The position numbers and the translations under genes are program-made. Source: a virus. From it: a DNA stretch of 64,000 bases. Every line of letters begins with the position of its first letter. The first letter of the stretch is position 1. Where the stretch lies: positions 32,001-96,000 of IMG/VR virus record IMGVR_UViG_3300025467_000009. The stretch is one strand, 5' to 3'. Positions 41,370-51,769 of this stretch are shown one piece after another. The notes below the pieces were generated by a model. It was not told the DNA's origin and searched no databases. It worked only from the letters and a program-made list of their open reading frames with translations.

Positions 41370-43914
41370 TACAAATACTATATTAACTAGACTATTAACC
41401 TCACTTTCAGTTTCTGACCCAACTTGGGACACAACTGTAGGTAGTGCTACTTATAAGATTATGGAGTCAGTAGCACAAGAAATAGCAAATGCTACCAATA
41501 ACTCAACTCTGCTTACTTATGGTTTGGATGTTACAAGTTATTTTGGTTCAGAACTTGACGCCTTTGTAAACATTTTTGGTATTACTAGACAACTTGGTAC
41601 TCGTTCCATTGGTACTGCTGTTTTTAGCACAACAAGTCCTGCAGTACAAAACTATGATGTCCCGCTAGGCACCCAAGTTTCAGCAAACCTTAATCAATAC
41701 TTTACCAATGTTGCTTTTACAACAACTAGCCCTGCAACTGTAGCAAGTGGTCAAACAAGTGTTAATGTTCCAATTATTTCAACACTTCCTGGTTCTTTCA
41801 ATAACCTAGACCCAAATACCATAACTAAAATTACAAGTCCTTTGGTAGGTGTAACCACAGTAACTAATACTTACCCACTTTCAGGTGGTAGTGATACTGA
41901 AACTGATAGTCAACTTCAACAAAGATTCTTAAACACTGCTTTCTCTAACTTTGCAGGGACAATTTCTAAGTTTCAATCTATTGCTCAACAAAATCCTTCT
42001 GTCACTCAAACTAATATAGTTAATGCTCAACAAAATTATTCTGAAAATCTTCAAATTGGTACAGTAATTAGTGGTTCAGCAGCTTTTAATATTGGGTTGC
42101 AAACCCAAGCACAACTTATAGCAATATCTGGAAGTTTGGTTGCTTCAGGTTACTTGGGAACACTAGAACCAAATGTTTCTATACCAATTTCAAGTACCAC
42201 TCCTGCTAGTATTTATACAGGAACTGTTACTTATGACGGAACGAACTATAACCTTTCAGGAACAGCACCTACTGCAAGTGGTTACTTAAACATTGCTTAT
42301 GTCTATTCTGGTACTGCACCAACTACTTTAAATGGTACAAGTACTTTTGCAAACGTTGCAACTGCTATTAGTGGTCTACTAAATAGCATTTCTTTGAATT
42401 ATCAAAATACAATTGGTATTACAGTAACTGGTACCAACGCTGTTGTATCAAGTGGTGTTACTGTAACTTTTAACCAAAACATTCCTTGGAATATTATAGT
42501 TACTAGTGGTTCAAATACTACCGCTGTTAATACTATCTATAGTAAGATTCCAGATTCACAATTTAGTTATCCGGCAGGTTATGAAGTTGTTGGTACTAAC
42601 TTAAATTCACCTAATCAAACTATATTTACAAGAAATGTTGATTACACTTATTACCAAAATATTAGTGGAACTTGTGCTCCTAGAGTAACTTTCATACCAG
42701 GACCAAATAACTCTCCTGCAACTTATACCGGGGCGACTGTTCAACTTCAATCTACTTACACACCAATTAGTAGTAGAACAATTATTTCAGGTGGTCAAAT
42801 ACTAAACTCTAATTTTGTTGATATTTTTATTAATAGTACAAATACCCAAACCGCAACAGAACAAGTTGTAATGGTAACTAGTAATACAATTACTACAAGT
42901 GGTCTTGGTGGTTCTTACCAAGCAAATAATTTTGTTCAAGCAAATGGTTCTATGCCTACCGTTGGTGACTATTATATTAATTTTACCCAAGATCCAATTG
43001 CCAACTTTCCTAACCAAGTTGTTTCAGGGAATGTTCCAAGTTATATTACTTTTGGAAGTATAAGTTTCCCAATTGCAATTGACCCTGTAACTACAAATGG
43101 CACAACTTTAGTAGCATCTGGCCTCTCAGGTACAAATGTTCTTTATACTTCTACTTCAATCTCCGGATTGCAAGTAGGTTTGGTAATTAGTGGTACTTAC
43201 GGGAACAATACAATTTCTGGAATTGGAACAGGAAACTATATTACTTCTTTGATTCCTGGTAACCCTAACCAAATTGTTCTTGCAAATAACCTTACAAGTA
43301 ACATCGCTTCTAATAATACTAGTTGGGTTTCTGTTTCATACCCTGTCTATGACAATACAAAAACTGCAGGAAGTATATTAGACATAGGTGGTGTTGCCCT
43401 AAAAGCAGTTGACCCTACAGGAAGTTATTTAACCAATTATCCTAGTTCTGTTAATTACCAGGTAGGAACTATTTCACACAGTTACTATGCAGATGTTGTA
43501 AGTGTTGACAATCTTTCTCAACAAAGTAGAGTTGTTGGTTCAAACACACTAACTCATATAGCAAAGTTCTTGCCACTAGCAATAAATTTCTCAGTTGTCT
43601 ATACTCCTAATACAAACCCAATTGTTGCTAACACATCTATTCAAAATGCAGTTACAAATTATTTAAATTCTGTAACCTTTGGTTCTTCAGTTAGTATTGC
43701 TTCTTTACTAAGTGCAGCCGCAAATTCAACTGGAGTACAAGCAATTAGAATTTCAACTCAAGCAGACAACCCAATTAATTATGGTATTTCAATTTATAAT
43801 ATAGACAACACTATTTCTAGTGGACCATATTTTAAAGATATACTATTAGCAAATAATCAACTACCTACTGTTTGGCAAATAAACTATACAGTATTTGGAG
43901 TTAATAACTTCTAA
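41362..43914 (+). CDS. baseplate J-like wedge protein
   Basis: G.ELDAF..FGITR..G.AVF; GGSDTETDSQLQQRF. Confidence 0.8.
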   Translation: MADTNTILTRLLTSLSVSDPTWDTTVGSATYKIMESVAQEIANATNNSTLLTYGLDVTSYFGSELDAFVNIFGITRQLGTRSIGTAVFSTTSPAVQNYDVPLGTQVSANLNQYFTNVAFTTTSPATVASGQTSVNVPIISTLPGSFNNLDPNTITKITSPLVGVTTVTNTYPLSGGSDTETDSQLQQRFLNTAFSNFAGTISKFQSIAQQNPSVTQTNIVNAQQNYSENLQIGTVISGSAAFNIGLQTQAQLIAISGSLVASGYLGTLEPNVSIPISSTTPASIYTGTVTYDGTNYNLSGTAPTASGYLNIAYVYSGTAPTTLNGTSTFANVATAISGLLNSISLNYQNTIGITVTGTNAVVSSGVTVTFNQNIPWNIIVTSGSNTTAVNTIYSKIPDSQFSYPAGYEVVGTNLNSPNQTIFTRNVDYTYYQNISGTCAPRVTFIPGPNNSPATYTGATVQLQSTYTPISSRTIISGGQILNSNFVDIFINSTNTQTATEQVVMVTSNTITTSGLGGSYQANNFVQANGSMPTVGDYYINFTQDPIANFPNQVVSGNVPSYITFGSISFPIAIDPVTTNGTTLVASGLSGTNVLYTSTSISGLQVGLVISGTYGNNTISGIGTGNYITSLIPGNPNQIVLANNLTSNIASNNTSWVSVSYPVYDNTKTAGSILDIGGVALKAVDPTGSYLTNYPSSVNYQVGTISHSYYADVVSVDNLSQQSRVVGSNTLTHIAKFLPLAINFSVVYTPNTNPIVANTSIQNAVTNYLNSVTFGSSVSIASLLSAAANSTGVQAIRISTQADNPINYGISIYNIDNTISSGPYFKDILLANNQLPTVWQINYTVFGVNNF

Positions 43915-44903
43915 TGGCTACAGGTAATTCACTACCCTTAAATATAAGTCAAACACTTTCTTGGAAAACTAGAAATTTCCCAGACAATGTTTATGACTTT
44001 AACCCAGGAGACTTATTAACAATATTAATGAGTTCCCTATTAGGAAATGCAGGTACAGGTCAACTTTCAGCATCTCAAATAGCTGCAAGATTAACTCAAC
44101 AATATGTTCAATTTTCAGATCTAGAAAATACAATTGGTGAATTACTTAATGCTCCTAGACTTACTACTGAATTTTACAATACTCCTGTAAACCCATTTAC
44201 TGACCAACTTACACCAAAACAATGGAATGATGTCTTTATTAAAGACTCAAACTATCGTGAAAGATTGATTGCTTTAATGACTGCCTTATTAAAAGGTGGG
44301 ACTGTTCAAGGTATTCAGGCAACCGCTGAAGCAACAGCACAAGTTCAGGCACTTGTAATTGAAAACTGGACTACAGCAAGCGGTGTAGTTAGTGCAAATG
44401 GTTGGAGTAATGGTTTTGGTTCTCAAGAAACAATACTTGTTTATAATGCTCCTAGTGGGTTGACTGTAAGTAACGTTCAAAGAACAGCAATACTTAATTC
44501 ATTAAAAAAAGTATCACCAATTGGTACAGTTATAACTCAAGTATCTGGAAATATAAATAATTTTTCTCCTGTACCCTACACACCAATTTCTGATAATTCA
44601 GAACTATTTACATTTACTAGAGTAGTTACTGCTAATAATATTAATACCCCTTCTTATGCAATTAATAATCAAAGTCCTTCTGTTTATACAAGATATTGGT
44701 TAGAAAATGGTAAACCTATAACCGCACCTAATTTTGCTTTTACAACTTCTCAAGAAGTTTCAATTGATGTTACTACAAATGTATCAACTGTTACCATAAC
44801 ACCAGTTACAGCAAGTGGTCAAACTTTGAATTCGTATACTACACAATACCCCCTTGGTGCACCAACCTTGCCCGTTACAAGCACAGTTTTTGGAGCTCAA
44901 TAA
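43914..44903 (+). CDS. baseplate wedge protein (GpI/gp7-like)
   Basis: DSNYRERL..KGGTVQGI; follows baseplate J. Confidence 0.6.
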   Translation: MATGNSLPLNISQTLSWKTRNFPDNVYDFNPGDLLTILMSSLLGNAGTGQLSASQIAARLTQQYVQFSDLENTIGELLNAPRLTTEFYNTPVNPFTDQLTPKQWNDVFIKDSNYRERLIALMTALLKGGTVQGIQATAEATAQVQALVIENWTTASGVVSANGWSNGFGSQETILVYNAPSGLTVSNVQRTAILNSLKKVSPIGTVITQVSGNINNFSPVPYTPISDNSELFTFTRVVTANNINTPSYAINNQSPSVYTRYWLENGKPITAPNFAFTTSQEVSIDVTTNVSTVTITPVTASGQTLNSYTTQYPLGAPTLPVTSTVFGAQ

Positions 44904-47875
44904 TGACACTACACCCTAAAAAATTAAATCCTTTAAAAACTTACTTAAATGGTAGTAATCCACCAATGACAGTGGACGGATTGATAGTTGACGGTGTTTA
45001 TGCAGTCACCGGAGTTATTGACACAATTACTCAAACTACAGATACTTATCAAGACCCACTAACTAACCAAACTAGTAATATTGGTGCATATTCATTCCCC
45101 CAGACTCCAAATGTTAATGAATGGTATTCAGGAATAGTTGATGACCAAGTAAATACTACTTACAATTTAGCTTTTCAATTTAACAGAGACACTTACTGTA
45201 ATACAGTTAGTTTTAGTTTACTTCAAGTTCCTGTTAATTGGACACTAAATCTTATAACACCAAGCGGAACAACCCAACTATCAACTGGTGCTATAACTGA
45301 GTATAACACAGATTACTGGCAATACATAGTTGTGCCCTTAGGTCAAACTTACCTTCTTACATCTTCAAACTCTTCACTTCAACTTGTACTTACTAAAAGG
45401 CCTACAAATACACAATACCAACTTGGTGTAAGTAACTTTTTATTTAAACTAAATGTTCAAACTTTACAGGATATAACAGTTAATAACACGGTTGTTTCTG
45501 GTATTACAACGCAAAGTATACTTGGTTTTGTAGAAAATTACAACCCTACTGTTTACAGTATCAATAATATTAATGATAATGACTCTACTACTTATTGGAA
45601 GTGTTCCCCACAACCTGTAGGAGATTCAGTTGTATATTTTGTAATTGATATGGGTTCTTTACAGTCTATAAATAAAATGTATATAGACCCATTATACACA
45701 GGGACAATTTTTAATCTTTACTATTCTTTTGATAATAGTTACTGGTATCCTGTTCAAAGAGACTTTAGGCTTAAAAAAGGTATTTATCAATTGCCTACAA
45801 TTTCTGCTCGTTATTTAAAGTTTGAATTCACTCAACTTACACCAGAACCTTATGACTTAAAGTTAGATTCTATCCAAAAAGTTATTAGTGTTTTCCCTGA
45901 CTGGGTTGACAATTTTTATACAAACTCAGAAAGAGCAATCCCAGATATTGCTAATCAAAATTATGTATTTAGTTCAGCAGTCACACCAACTACTAATTAT
46001 AATACAAATATTTCTTCAAACTCCTTCTATGGTGCAAGTGCAAGTACTTTAAATAGTTTAAATGCAATTGGGAATAACTCTTCTTCAAATTTTGTTAACT
46101 CTAATACAACTATTACTGACCCCACAGTAAGTTATAAGACTGTCGAAAGTGTTGCCGGCCTTGGCTCAACATATAACCCAGTTACTGATGTTGCATTTAT
46201 TAGTCGTAGATTCCCTTATGTAACACAACATATTTACAAACAAGTTCCAGTAAATCAAACTTGGCATGAAGCTTATTTTACAGGTATTAAGTCATTGAGT
46301 CTTTATGGTACTGACCAAACAGTTCAAATGGATTACCCTGACTTTACAGATTATTTAACAAATAACACAACAACAATTGTAAGTGGTTCAAGTACAGCTA
46401 CTTTTAGAACTCCTTCAATTATAAATACTACTATAAGTGGTGTAACCTACTCGGTTGTTAGTGGTATGGGTTACACAGGCCTTGCTGGTACACAACTAAT
46501 AACAAAAAACTTAAAAACTTTTAGTAATTATCCAAGCTTTAAGTTTGCTGCTTTAAGTAGTGACTGGGTTCCTTATTTGACAAATGCCCAAACAGTACTA
46601 CTAGGTTCAAATCTTGCAAACTTAGGTATTACTACTAGTGGTATATCAACTGTTTCTAACATACAAGGTAGTACAAACTATGGTGTATGGAGTTTTGTAC
46701 CTAGTGGTAACCCTGTTCAAACTTATGTTCAATCGGCAGTTGTTGGTGGAGGCCAAAACCTTTTAACTACAGCAGAAGCATTTGTTATAAGTGGAACAGG
46801 ATGGTCCGGTCCCTTAAGTGCAAATAGTGTTGTTACAAATGCATCTATTTCAGGTGTTACTAGTATTGGTTTGCCGGTATCAACAAATGTTTCTTGGGGT
46901 CAACCTGATTATGGTAATACAGATTTTGGTTCTGATGCTTATAGTGTTACTCCATCCTTGGGTGCTATTCAACTTAGAGGATATACATTTATAATTACTG
47001 CAAGTGGTTCAGGTTCTGTTACTACTAATGTTACGTATAGTGGTGCTGGTGGGGTAACAACAAGTGGTTACACTACAAACATAAGTGGTGCAAACCAATT
47101 CTTGACATTTACAACTACTCAACCACTTAATACAAGTAGTGTAAGTTTTTCAATAGCAGTTTCTGGAACTGTTGGTTTAAGTCAAGCAGGATACTTCCTT
47201 GGTTCAAGTGGATTCACACCATCTTCATGGACACGGCCTTTGGTAACTAGTGGTATGAGAATTTCTGCAGTTTCAAGAATATACCTTCCTAATACTAGTT
47301 TTGGAACTTACAAATGTACACTTTATTCAAATGGTGTTGAGCTTGCCCACAAGCAATTTTCAAATATACCACCACGCACTTGGGTTGACATTGAAGTTCC
47401 CTTTACACTTGTTTCAGGTTACTACAATTCAAACAACTTTAGTACAAGACTAACTCAAACAAATGGCCAAGGAGAGTCTTATGACCTTGCAATGTTTGGA
47501 ATCTTCTATAATCCAGTAACATGGGAGTATTGCTCAGATGGTACAGGGAATAACTGGAATTGGATTACCACAGGAATTAATGACCCTGATGCCACTATTA
47601 ATCTAAGGGCTCCTAGCAACCAGATACAACTTAGAGGAACTATTCTTCAAGATAACGCACAAATTTCTTCTTTAACATTAGTCCCTAATTATACTCAAAG
47701 TCCTTACTACAGTACAACTCAAATTAATTATGTAGGAGATCCAAAGACAAATGAACTAAGTTGGAAGAGAACACCTGCTCAAAGACCACTATTCCAATTA
47801 AGGTCAGAACTACACCCTTCTCAATACGATATTGGTGTTCTGATGAACATAAGTTACCCATATTATCTAGATTAA
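44903..47875 (+). CDS. large baseplate/fibre protein with a discoidin (F5/8-like) domain
   Basis: DNDSTTYWK..FVIDMG..FNLYYS.D..W..ARYLKFEFT. Confidence 0.6.
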   Translation: MTLHPKKLNPLKTYLNGSNPPMTVDGLIVDGVYAVTGVIDTITQTTDTYQDPLTNQTSNIGAYSFPQTPNVNEWYSGIVDDQVNTTYNLAFQFNRDTYCNTVSFSLLQVPVNWTLNLITPSGTTQLSTGAITEYNTDYWQYIVVPLGQTYLLTSSNSSLQLVLTKRPTNTQYQLGVSNFLFKLNVQTLQDITVNNTVVSGITTQSILGFVENYNPTVYSINNINDNDSTTYWKCSPQPVGDSVVYFVIDMGSLQSINKMYIDPLYTGTIFNLYYSFDNSYWYPVQRDFRLKKGIYQLPTISARYLKFEFTQLTPEPYDLKLDSIQKVISVFPDWVDNFYTNSERAIPDIANQNYVFSSAVTPTTNYNTNISSNSFYGASASTLNSLNAIGNNSSSNFVNSNTTITDPTVSYKTVESVAGLGSTYNPVTDVAFISRRFPYVTQHIYKQVPVNQTWHEAYFTGIKSLSLYGTDQTVQMDYPDFTDYLTNNTTTIVSGSSTATFRTPSIINTTISGVTYSVVSGMGYTGLAGTQLITKNLKTFSNYPSFKFAALSSDWVPYLTNAQTVLLGSNLANLGITTSGISTVSNIQGSTNYGVWSFVPSGNPVQTYVQSAVVGGGQNLLTTAEAFVISGTGWSGPLSANSVVTNASISGVTSIGLPVSTNVSWGQPDYGNTDFGSDAYSVTPSLGAIQLRGYTFIITASGSGSVTTNVTYSGAGGVTTSGYTTNISGANQFLTFTTTQPLNTSSVSFSIAVSGTVGLSQAGYFLGSSGFTPSSWTRPLVTSGMRISAVSRIYLPNTSFGTYKCTLYSNGVELAHKQFSNIPPRTWVDIEVPFTLVSGYYNSNNFSTRLTQTNGQGESYDLAMFGIFYNPVTWEYCSDGTGNNWNWITTGINDPDATINLRAPSNQIQLRGTILQDNAQISSLTLVPNYTQSPYYSTTQINYVGDPKTNELSWKRTPAQRPLFQLRSELHPSQYDIGVLMNISYPYYLD

Positions 47876-47878
47876 CTC

Positions 47879-47907
47879 TTGATTTTATAGAGTTTATCTA
47901 TTAAAAT
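47879..47907 (+). promoter_or_regulatory. sigma-70/SigA-type promoter; probably a leaderless helicase mRNA
   Basis: TTGATT-N17-TAAAAT; second in-frame ATG (47915) follows the -10 by 7 nt; no SD. Confidence 0.6.
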
Positions 47908-47908
47908 T

Positions 47909-49765
47909 ATGACCATGTCACAGAATACTGTATTCATACAGAAGAGTGAGTTACTCAATGGAGTATTAAGATACTCATCTCTCACACCTCTAGATAAAAA
48001 CTATATTGACCCTTATGGTACACTAAGAAATAGAGACAGACTAGTTGAATTTCATAATCAACTTGAATCTGATGGTTATGTTTTTAAGTTTCAAGATGAT
48101 GAGGCTGAAACTTTATATAATAAGCTTTATAATTCAATTACTAATAACTTTGATGTATCATCACCTTTCTTATTAAGTAATAAATTATTTCCTTTTCAAA
48201 ATATAGGCCTTAACATGGTCTGGAATCAAGTAAAAAATGATGATTGTAACAGAATCTTAATCCAATGGGATACAGGTGCTGGTAAAACACTTCTCAGTTG
48301 TTTAATAAGTCAAAAGTTGTTTCAAGAAGATTTAGTAGATATTGTACTGGTTTTTTGTAAAAAAATTAAACAACATGACTGGGAGCAAGAGTTTAAACGT
48401 ATGACTACTTGTTCAGTTGCAAAAGTTGGTGAGCTTGAAAGAAGCAAAAGACACAAGTTTTACAAAGAAGACAATAGTCAAGTATTAGTTCTTAACTACG
48501 AAAAAGTTCGTGGTCCTAGTATGGTTAAAAAAGCAGGAGTAAGAGGAAAAGTTGCGGATTATTCCCGTACTGACCTTCAACAAATTCTTGAAAAAATTGA
48601 AGGCAAGAGAGTTCTAGTTGTAATTGATGAAGCACAAAAAATCAATACAGGAACTAGTTTGCTCAGTGAAGGTTTTGAGACACTTCTTAGTAAGAATGAA
48701 GGAACCAAATGTCTTGCACTAACAGCAACTCCTTACACAACTAGTCCTTTAAATATTAGAAATATTTTTACAACTATTAGTCCTGGTATCCCTGGGGTTA
48801 GTGACCTTACAAGAGATGAATTTAAAAGAGTTTATGCTAAAGAACTAGAGGTATTTGAACGTGGTTATGTTCGTGAACTTTATGTTAGAGAGTGGGACCG
48901 TACCAAATTACCACTCCTTGGTAAGAAACATGAAAACTGGACTCACATTGCAATGAAAAGTGACCCCCACATTGCTAAGCAGTTTCCAGAAAGTATGCCG
49001 AAGAGAATAGTTTACCAACTTTCTGACCAAGATCGTATTGTTTATGATTGGGCAGAAGAAGAGGCAAGGGCACGTTACAATCCAGATAACCCTGTTTCAA
49101 GTTGGGCCTATATTGATACTTTAAGAATGATTTGTAACACAACCGAAGGCCTTAGGAATAGTGAAAGTAAGTTTGCTAAAGAAATAGTTGAACAATTTGA
49201 TGATTTGATTTCTATTGAAAACAGTGCTAAGTATCAATTGATTGAAAGTAACCTTGAGACAATTTTTGAAGCAAATGAAAAAGTAGTATTGTTTACTTTC
49301 TGGACACATGGGACACTATTCCCATACCTTGAAGCTTTAAAGAAAAAATTTTCTGGAGTTCCTATCCTACCAATTTGGGGTGTAGGTATGAAGTCAGAAG
49401 AGACAACCCGTAACATTCAAACTTTTAATTCAACTAAAGGTCCTGCAGTGTTACTTACAAGTGATGTTGGTCAGGAAGGACTAAATCTATATGCACCATA
49501 TCTTTGGAACATCGAAATTCCCAGGACTTATGCAGAATACAAACAACGGAAAGACCGTATCAATCGTGCAGATTCCCGTTCAAAGGGCATTAGTAATACC
49601 TGGATCTACCGTCCAGTCGCAGTGGGAACTATTGAGGAGCGGGTGGATGGCAAAATTCTTAGAAGAAGATCTGAAGCAGAAGCCATTCGAGGTGTAGTAG
49701 ATGAGAATGTAGATATGGATGACACCATTGAAATGACACCAAAAGGTTTGTTATTTAATTCTTGA
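47909..49765 (+). CDS. SNF2-like superfamily 2 helicase (true start may be 47915)
   Basis: LFPFQ, DTGAGKT, VIDEAQK, ALTATP, GQEGLNL, QRKDRINR. Confidence 0.85.
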   Translation: MTMSQNTVFIQKSELLNGVLRYSSLTPLDKNYIDPYGTLRNRDRLVEFHNQLESDGYVFKFQDDEAETLYNKLYNSITNNFDVSSPFLLSNKLFPFQNIGLNMVWNQVKNDDCNRILIQWDTGAGKTLLSCLISQKLFQEDLVDIVLVFCKKIKQHDWEQEFKRMTTCSVAKVGELERSKRHKFYKEDNSQVLVLNYEKVRGPSMVKKAGVRGKVADYSRTDLQQILEKIEGKRVLVVIDEAQKINTGTSLLSEGFETLLSKNEGTKCLALTATPYTTSPLNIRNIFTTISPGIPGVSDLTRDEFKRVYAKELEVFERGYVRELYVREWDRTKLPLLGKKHENWTHIAMKSDPHIAKQFPESMPKRIVYQLSDQDRIVYDWAEEEARARYNPDNPVSSWAYIDTLRMICNTTEGLRNSESKFAKEIVEQFDDLISIENSAKYQLIESNLETIFEANEKVVLFTFWTHGTLFPYLEALKKKFSGVPILPIWGVGMKSEETTRNIQTFNSTKGPAVLLTSDVGQEGLNLYAPYLWNIEIPRTYAEYKQRKDRINRADSRSKGISNTWIYRPVAVGTIEERVDGKILRRRSEAEAIRGVVDENVDMDDTIEMTPKGLLFNS

Positions 49766-49790
49766 AATCAAGAGTAGCTTGTTATATACT
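49762..49790 (+). promoter_or_regulatory. sigma-70-type promoter upstream of rpf-like gene
   Basis: TTGAAA-N17-TATACT. Confidence 0.6.
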
Positions 49791-49858
49791 TCATTAATCA
49801 AACGAGAGGAGAAATTATAGTAACTAAATGTTCTTATTAATCTAACATTGGAGTAATT

Positions 49859-50236
49859 TTGACACGTTTAATTGCACTTGGAGTTTTAGCAATATCATTA
49901 TTTATAGTAAATAATGCTTCTGCGGACACCAACAATACAGTAACAACGACAACAAAAATTGAAACACCTGTAGTAAATGTAGGACTTGTCCCTAGAGAAA
50001 TAGTATTAAAGTGGGAGAAGGTAGCAGTATGTGAAACCGGTTATAACTGGACTCTCAGAGGTCCCCTATACTCTGGAGGTCTAGGAATTACTAATCACAA
50101 TTGGACTTCTTATGGTGGTGGTCAGTTTGCTAATAATGCAGCTGATGCTTCTATAGAAGAACAAATATATATAGCAAAAAAAATAAATTCGAGTGGCTAT
50201 GTTCCCGACCAATATGGTTGCGGACACGGCTGGTAG
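49859..50236 (+). CDS. rpf: secreted resuscitation-promoting-factor-like lytic transglycosylase
   Basis: Signal peptide ending ASA-D; WEKVAVCETGYNW (catalytic Glu), YSGGLGI, W..YGG, EEQI.IA, second Cys; TTG start with GGAG. Confidence 0.75.
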   Translation: MTRLIALGVLAISLFIVNNASADTNNTVTTTTKIETPVVNVGLVPREIVLKWEKVAVCETGYNWTLRGPLYSGGLGITNHNWTSYGGGQFANNAADASIEEQIYIAKKINSSGYVPDQYGCGHGW

Positions 50237-50254
50237 GGAGAAAGAAAGATAAGT

Positions 50255-50470
50255 ATGAAAAAAATAAAGAAGTATGACAAGATGCAAAGAGAACTGATGG
50301 ACTACATCTTGTCCGGGAAGATACACTCTACTATGATTGGTAAGACAATTATGGTTGACCACAGTGATAAGAAAGAAAACCTTTCTGACATAGAAGAGTT
50401 TGTAGAGTATATGGTTTCTTTAATTAAGAGAGCAGAGAATTTTGGAAAGGATAATGTAAAGGAGTCCTGA
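50255..50470 (+). CDS. hypothetical protein
   Basis: 71-aa ORF filling the gap. Confidence 0.55.
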   Translation: MKKIKKYDKMQRELMDYILSGKIHSTMIGKTIMVDHSDKKENLSDIEEFVEYMVSLIKRAENFGKDNVKES

Positions 50471-50578
50471 TATTAGGTAAGGAGTTGCAGACTCAGAAAA
50501 TGGGTCTATTTACAGGGTCGCCCGGGAGTCGCAGTTGAAATTGATTCCTCCTCCCGGGGACTCCTTCTCACCAATATC
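50469..50578 (+). ncRNA. candidate structured RNA (multi-stem, GC-rich)
   Basis: Nested complementary pairs GATATT(A)GGT/ACCAATATC, AAGGAGTT/GACTCCTT, AGACTCA/TGGGTCT, CCCGGGAG/CTCCCGGG; family not recognised. Confidence 0.5.
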
Positions 50579-50592
50579 CCTTCTATAATTAT

Positions 50593-51084
50593 ATGAGAAG
50601 AGAAAACCAAGAAGTTATTGATTACAGTTGGCAAAGTGATGCTATTTGTAAAGACCTACCAACAGATATGTTTTATCCTGGTAGAGGTTCGGTTGTCTCT
50701 AAAGTTATTAAAGAGAGATGTGCAATTTGTCCTGTAAAGGATGCCTGCCTAGAACATGCCCTTAAGTATGAAGCCCATGGTTATTGGGGTGGTACAACTG
50801 AAAAAGATAGAGTTGCCATTAGGATGAACAGAGACATAATACTTATCAAACCTGAAACAGTTTTTTGGTATAGTGTTAGTGAAGCAAAAAGAGAAAAAGA
50901 AGAAAACAGAACTAAGATTCAAGGGCGTGGTCGAAAGGCCAGAGTATGTGGTACATACAGTGCTTATAAAGGTCACTTAGGAAGAAAAGAAGTTCCTTGT
51001 GAACCTTGTAAAAAAGCAAACAGAGATTACATTAATGATTTGAAAATTAAGAAAGCGGCGGAAAATGGGGAATTCACCTTTTAA
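50593..51084 (+). CDS. whiB: WhiB-family transcription factor with extra C-terminal Cys/His motif
   Basis: W..DAIC..MFYP..C..CPV...CLEHAL..GYWGGTTEKDR; C-term CGTYSAYKGH..PCEPC. Confidence 0.85.
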   Translation: MRRENQEVIDYSWQSDAICKDLPTDMFYPGRGSVVSKVIKERCAICPVKDACLEHALKYEAHGYWGGTTEKDRVAIRMNRDIILIKPETVFWYSVSEAKREKEENRTKIQGRGRKARVCGTYSAYKGHLGRKEVPCEPCKKANRDYINDLKIKKAAENGEFTF

Positions 51085-51769
51085 AGTTGGATTGGTTATT
51101 CCTATCCTAAATAATTTTGACCAAGCAGTTGACCTTATCTATAGTGCAAAAACTAAAGAGAATGAATTAAAGGTTTACATCCAACCTCAGTATAGGTATC
51201 AACTACCTTTGTCTCAGGCCTGGAACAATGGTATGAAGCAAGCCATCATGGATGGTTGTGATTATATTATTATTGCTAATGATGATACCCTTTTTGCACC
51301 ATGGTCAATTGATGCCTGGGTAAGTGCAATGAGTAAGGAATCAGACAATATTGTCTTAACAGCTCCTTTACATGTAGGAGATACTTTTGATGAACCATTT
51401 GAGATTGTATTCTCAGATGAAGATACAGAGTATAAGTATGTAGAAAAAGAACTTTTCTCAATGGTAATGGTAAGAGCAGATTTCTGGGAAAAGTGTGGTT
51501 GGTTTGATGAAAACTTTGACCCTTGCTGGTGGGAAGATAATGATATGCATTATCGTATCACTTTACTTGGATTTAATATTAAAAAGTATGAAATCCCTTA
51601 CATTCACCTAGGCAATCAGACAACTAAGAAGTTGACTAAGCCAATCAATTCTATTAAGAGTGGAGAGTATTACCTTAAAAAGTGGGGTAGCCAAAACCGA
51701 AACTTGATAGAGAGGTATAAAACCCCGTATAATGATAGTACCCTAACTCCAAAGGATTGGATCAAGTAA
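51065..51769 (+). CDS. glycosyltransferase, GT2/GT-A type
   Basis: LVIPILNN, AWNNGM, IIIANDD, GWFDENF..WEDND. Confidence 0.8.
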   Translation: MGNSPFKVGLVIPILNNFDQAVDLIYSAKTKENELKVYIQPQYRYQLPLSQAWNNGMKQAIMDGCDYIIIANDDTLFAPWSIDAWVSAMSKESDNIVLTAPLHVGDTFDEPFEIVFSDEDTEYKYVEKELFSMVMVRADFWEKCGWFDENFDPCWWEDNDMHYRITLLGFNIKKYEIPYIHLGNQTTKKLTKPINSIKSGEYYLKKWGSQNRNLIERYKTPYNDSTLTPKDWIK

